Part shown: piece by piece, positions 61,526 to 64,000 of the stretch
Layout: every line of letters starts with the position of its first letter
How positions within the stretch are numbered: position 1 is the stretch's first letter
DNA from: Terriglobia bacterium
GTDB taxonomy: Bacteria; Acidobacteriota; Terriglobia; Terriglobales; Acidobacteriaceae
DNA length: 64,000 nt
Assembly: GCA_963741105.1 (NCBI GenBank)
Contig: CAVUGT010000014.1
Coordinates: forward strand, 7,952-71,951
Direction of reading: 5' to 3'
Position numbers and translations under genes: made by a program
The notes under the pieces: model-generated
What the model saw: the letters and a program-made list of their open reading frames with translations, nothing else
Databases searched by the model: none
Told to the model about the DNA's origin: nothing

Positions 61526-61710
61526 GACGGGTGGCCCACGCAAGCCCGATTTTGGCTTGAGTGGGTTGTCCAGATTCCCTCAATTCTGTCATCCCGACCG
61601 GAGCAGTCCACCGCAAGAGCGGTGATCTGCGAAGTGGAGGGACCTTGTGTTGTGACGTCAACCCGCCATGACGGACGGAATCCAGTCCGAACAGACCAAG
61701 CGAAAACACG
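61526..61710 (+). mobile_element. MITE-like element, left-end partial copy
   Basis: GACGGGTGGCCCACGCAAGCCCGATTTTGGCTTGAGTGGG..., the internal hairpin, ...GTGGAGGGACC...GCGAAAACACG. The right terminal repeat is absent. Confidence 0.7.
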
Positions 61711-61798
61711 CGGTATAATCTGTGGCCATGCTAAACGACGGATTCAAGTTTGTGGTTTGCAGCCTGTTGAGCCGCCGGGCTTCGTTGGAGACTATCCG

Positions 61799-62200
61799 AT
61801 GACGATATCTCAGGCCCAGCTTTGGAAAGGCACTCCGTTCAGCATCGAACGGAAAGACGGCAAAGCTTCAGGCACGGTAATCTTCCGTCTCTGCGGACCC
61901 TTCACCGCGCGCGACATGTACGGGTCTCTCACGCCCGTCGGCCTGCGAAATATGCTCGACTTCCAATCGATGCCGGACGAGCAACCGCCGTTGGTGAACA
62001 TCCTCGACTTGACCGACGTTCCCTACATGGATTCTGCCGGCTTGGGCCTCGTTGTGGGACATTACGTAAGCTGCCAGCGCAAGGGCATCCGGCTGATTGC
62101 CGCCGGAGTGAGTCCACGCGTCCGGGAACTGTTCAAGATGACCAGAGTGGATACCACCATTCCCATGACCACCACGGTTGACGAAGCGGATATCCACTAA
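61799..62200 (+). CDS. STAS-domain protein (anti-sigma-factor antagonist-like)
   Basis: The ATG at 61799 (GGAG upstream) gives 133 aa with ...LDLTDVPYMDSAGLGLVV...L.AAGVSPRVRELFKMTRV, typical of SpoIIAA/STAS. The upstream part of the track ORF is MITE sequence. Confidence 0.8.
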   Translation: MTISQAQLWKGTPFSIERKDGKASGTVIFRLCGPFTARDMYGSLTPVGLRNMLDFQSMPDEQPPLVNILDLTDVPYMDSAGLGLVVGHYVSCQRKGIRLIAAGVSPRVRELFKMTRVDTTIPMTTTVDEADIH

Positions 62201-62244
62201 AGCGTTCTAGAGGCCGGGCGTCCTTCGATAAAAACAAAAACGAA

Positions 62245-62479
62245 GACGGGTGGCCCACTCAAGCCCGGTTTTGGCTTGAGTGGGAATGTCCAATTCTGCC
62301 ACTCTGTCATCCCGACCGGAGTGGAGGGACCCTGTGTTGCAACGTCAACCAGTTGTCATCGACGGTGGGAATCGAGTCGGAATGAGCGAAACGAAAACAC
62401 GAACGAGCGGCAGGAAGATGCTGTCCAGCTCTGAACTGCCCCACTCAAGCCAAACCCGGGCTTGAGTGGGCCACCCGTC
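62245..62479 (+). mobile_element. MITE-like element, complete copy lacking the 31-bp internal hairpin module
   Basis: Left end GACGGGTGGCCCACTCAAGCCCGGTTTTGGCTTGAGTGGG and right end CCCCACTCAAGCCAAACCCGGGCTTGAGTGGGCCACCCGTC are reverse complements of each other. Confidence 0.8.
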
Positions 62480-62562
62480 CTGACAGAGAGAGTGCCAACA
62501 AGATCGCAGCCGATTCACGTGGATGTGTGGGTTTTGCACACCGCCGATTGCGATGATTGTTC

Positions 62563-63131
62563 CTAGAGAGACTCCTTGGCTGCCACTCGGTCGAAGGGAA
62601 CCTGAAGGAACTTGCGCACGAAGCTCCTTCCGCCGTCGGCGGCTACCAGGTACTGACAACGAACACGCTCTTCAGCGGCCTGGTGCCGCAAAGTCGTGCA
62701 AACGGCGCTCTCATCCTGCTCGAGGGCGGCCAACTCCGTCGCCAGTTCGACCCGCCCGCCGCTTCTTTCGAGGAGTCCTCGCAAAGCCTCTTCGACGCGC
62801 CACTGTGGCGTGATCAGCGGACTCGCATACGGTGTACCGGCGTGGAATTGCGGCCTTCGTGCATATCCTTTTCGCCGAGTACCTTTGGGCCTTCGTAGCC
62901 GCGAAAGGGAATATGAAATCGACCGCTATTCAGGACTTGCTCGACGATCCCGAAGTCATCCATCACTTCGAGACTGCGCGGTTGAAGACCTTTGCCCTTC
63001 GAACCGATGAAGTACTCCGGCGTCTTGTCAACAATTCGGAATCTCACGCCGCGTCGGGCGAGATCACACACCAGCGTCAGCCCGGTTGGGCCCGCTCCCA
63101 CTATCAAAACCTGAACCTCTTCAACTGCCAT
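62563..63131 (-). pseudogene. FAD-dependent monooxygenase remnant (frameshifted and 3'-truncated)
   Basis: N-terminal VLIVGAGPTGLTLVCDLARRGVRFRIVDK (GxGxxG). The frame changes near 62845 into ...TPYASPLITPQWRVEEALR...YLVAADGGRSFVRK. Only about 190 of the several hundred aa expected for this family, ending ~85 bp from a MITE end. Confidence 0.7.
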
Positions 63132-63190
63132 TTTCTCCTCAGTATGAAATGTGAATTGTAAATGCCGATATACCGGATATGAGAGTCATC

Positions 63191-63454
63191 GCTGGTGGCC
63201 CACTCAAGCCCGATTTTGGCTTGAGTGGGGATGCACAATTCCCCCAACTCTGTCATCCCGACCGGAGCAGATCACCGCAAGAGCGGTGATCTGTGGAGTG
63301 GAGGGACCTTGTGTTGCGACCCCAACCAGAAACGATGGACGGTGAAGCTCCAGTCGGAATAGACGAAACGAAAACACGAACGAGCCGCGGAAGACTCTGT
63401 CCAATTCCGAACTGCCCCACTCAAGCCAAAAGCGGGCTTGAGTGGGCCACCCGC
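63191..63454 (+). mobile_element. MITE-like element, complete long copy
   Basis: About 36-bp terminal inverted repeats, GGTGGCCCACTCAAGCCCGATTTTGGCTTGAGTGGG and CCCACTCAAGCCAAAAGCGGGCTTGAGTGGGCCACC. Internal perfect hairpin CAGATCACCGC-AAGA-GCGGTGATCTG at 63268-63293. Confidence 0.8.
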
Positions 63455-63553
63455 CCCCTTCGCCCTCGGCGAATAGTCACCTTTGGTCGAGCTAAAGGAC
63501 TAGACTCTAAATTGGAGTGGTCTTGACGAAGAGTTCTTTCCCAGGAGGCCCCA

Positions 63554-63850
63554 TTGGTTGGCGTACTAAGCAGGTTCGTCATTGCCAACGACATGGCTCC
63601 GGCGGTCAAGCAGGCTTTTCTTCTTCGTCCTCACCTGGTGGATAGTGCGCCGGGCTTTGTGAGACTCAATGTCCTCAGCCCAGAGGACATGCCCAACGAA
63701 ATCTGGCTTATGACTTACTGGGATGATCTTCCCAGCTACAAGACATGGCACAAGAGCCATGCCTACCACGATTCCCACGCGGGAATACCCAAGGGATTGA
63801 AGCTTGTGCCGGGGAGCGCCAGGCTCCGCGTATTCGATCTGATCATCTAG
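63554..63850 (+). CDS. Antibiotic-biosynthesis-monooxygenase (ABM/IsdG-like) domain protein
   Basis: 98 aa, TTG start after AGGAGG. RFVIANDMAPAVKQAF...GFVRLNVL...WLMTYWDDLPSYKTWHKSHAYHDSH resembles the ABM ferredoxin-like fold. Confidence 0.65.
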   Translation: MVGVLSRFVIANDMAPAVKQAFLLRPHLVDSAPGFVRLNVLSPEDMPNEIWLMTYWDDLPSYKTWHKSHAYHDSHAGIPKGLKLVPGSARLRVFDLII

Positions 63851-63883
63851 GAAAATGAGATGTACTGATTTTTCAATTCCGAT

Positions 63884-64000
63884 TCAGCTTCCGCTCCAAA
63901 GAGGCTCCCTTGAATTCCACGCATAGTAGGAATTTGACTCAAACTCCTCCGGCACCAGATCCAATTTCACAAACATCAAGCCCCCGACTCCATTGCCGTT
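63884..64000 (-). CDS. Possible 3' end of a gene continuing beyond the window
   Basis: Open frame from the window edge: ...NGNGVGGLMFVKLDLVPEEFESNSYYAWNSREPLWSGS, then a stop at 63884-63886. Only 38 codons are visible. Confidence 0.25.
   Translation of the reverse strand, partial: NGNGVGGLMFVKLDLVPEEFESNSYYAWNSREPLWSGS

Noticed and set aside
61460-61798. N-terminal 113 aa of track ORF 61460..62200, and other ORFs containing WPTQARFWLEWG or SSRPE...VEGP (58493..58705, 62280..62465, 62345..62659, 63151..63345, 63204..63404, 63293..63526, 54783..54965).
   Set aside because: These are read-throughs of MITE copies. The same peptide words recur because the DNA repeat recurs, in both orientations and in several frames. 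They have no RBS.

Overview
This 64-kb window looks like a chromosomal segment of a soil bacterium at roughly 58-60% GC, judged by eye. It is probably Acidobacteriota. That guess rests only on gene content (a CarboxypepD_reg-type TonB receptor, Tat-signal glycan enzymes) and on the dense palindromic intergenic repeats; no search was run.

Housekeeping and metabolic genes recognised from motifs: asnS, rocF-like arginase, coaE, folD, a Trm112-like gene, leuC, leuD, rpsU, a cspA-family gene, katG, a fur-family gene and tRNA-Ser(UGA).

The most interesting region is a ~14-kb accessory cluster at 29.3-43.3 kb. It combines:
- a PqqD-type peptide-recognition protein, an HprK-related P-loop kinase and an NTP_transf_5-type nucleotidyltransferase;
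- an HTTM (SdpB / vitamin-K-carboxylase-like) membrane protein fused to a DCC thiol-disulfide oxidoreductase domain;
- three GT2 glycosyltransferases, an AGE-family epimerase and a CE4 deacetylase;
- a CmoA-like enzyme, a second methyltransferase and an ABC exporter;
- a GT39 glycosyltransferase interrupted by an in-frame TGA.

No lasso cyclase or leader peptidase is present and no annotated precursor exists. A 27-codon Cys-containing micro-ORF lies exactly between the HTTM-DCC and PqqD genes.

Other notable content:
- Four disrupted genes: ggt frameshift, GT39 nonsense codon, a multiply frameshifted GH2, and a truncated FAD monooxygenase.
- A MITE-like element with hairpin-forming terminal inverted repeats in five full or partial copies at 54.7-63.5 kb.
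- A 128-bp tandem duplication.
- Two REP-like hairpin families.
- A purine-rich CTGAGAAC-type intergenic motif present six times, always on the same strand.

All family names come from reading the translated ORFs and recalling family motifs. No BLAST or HMM search was possible. Coordinates of non-ORF features were anchored to the ORF track by codon counting and may be off by a few nt.
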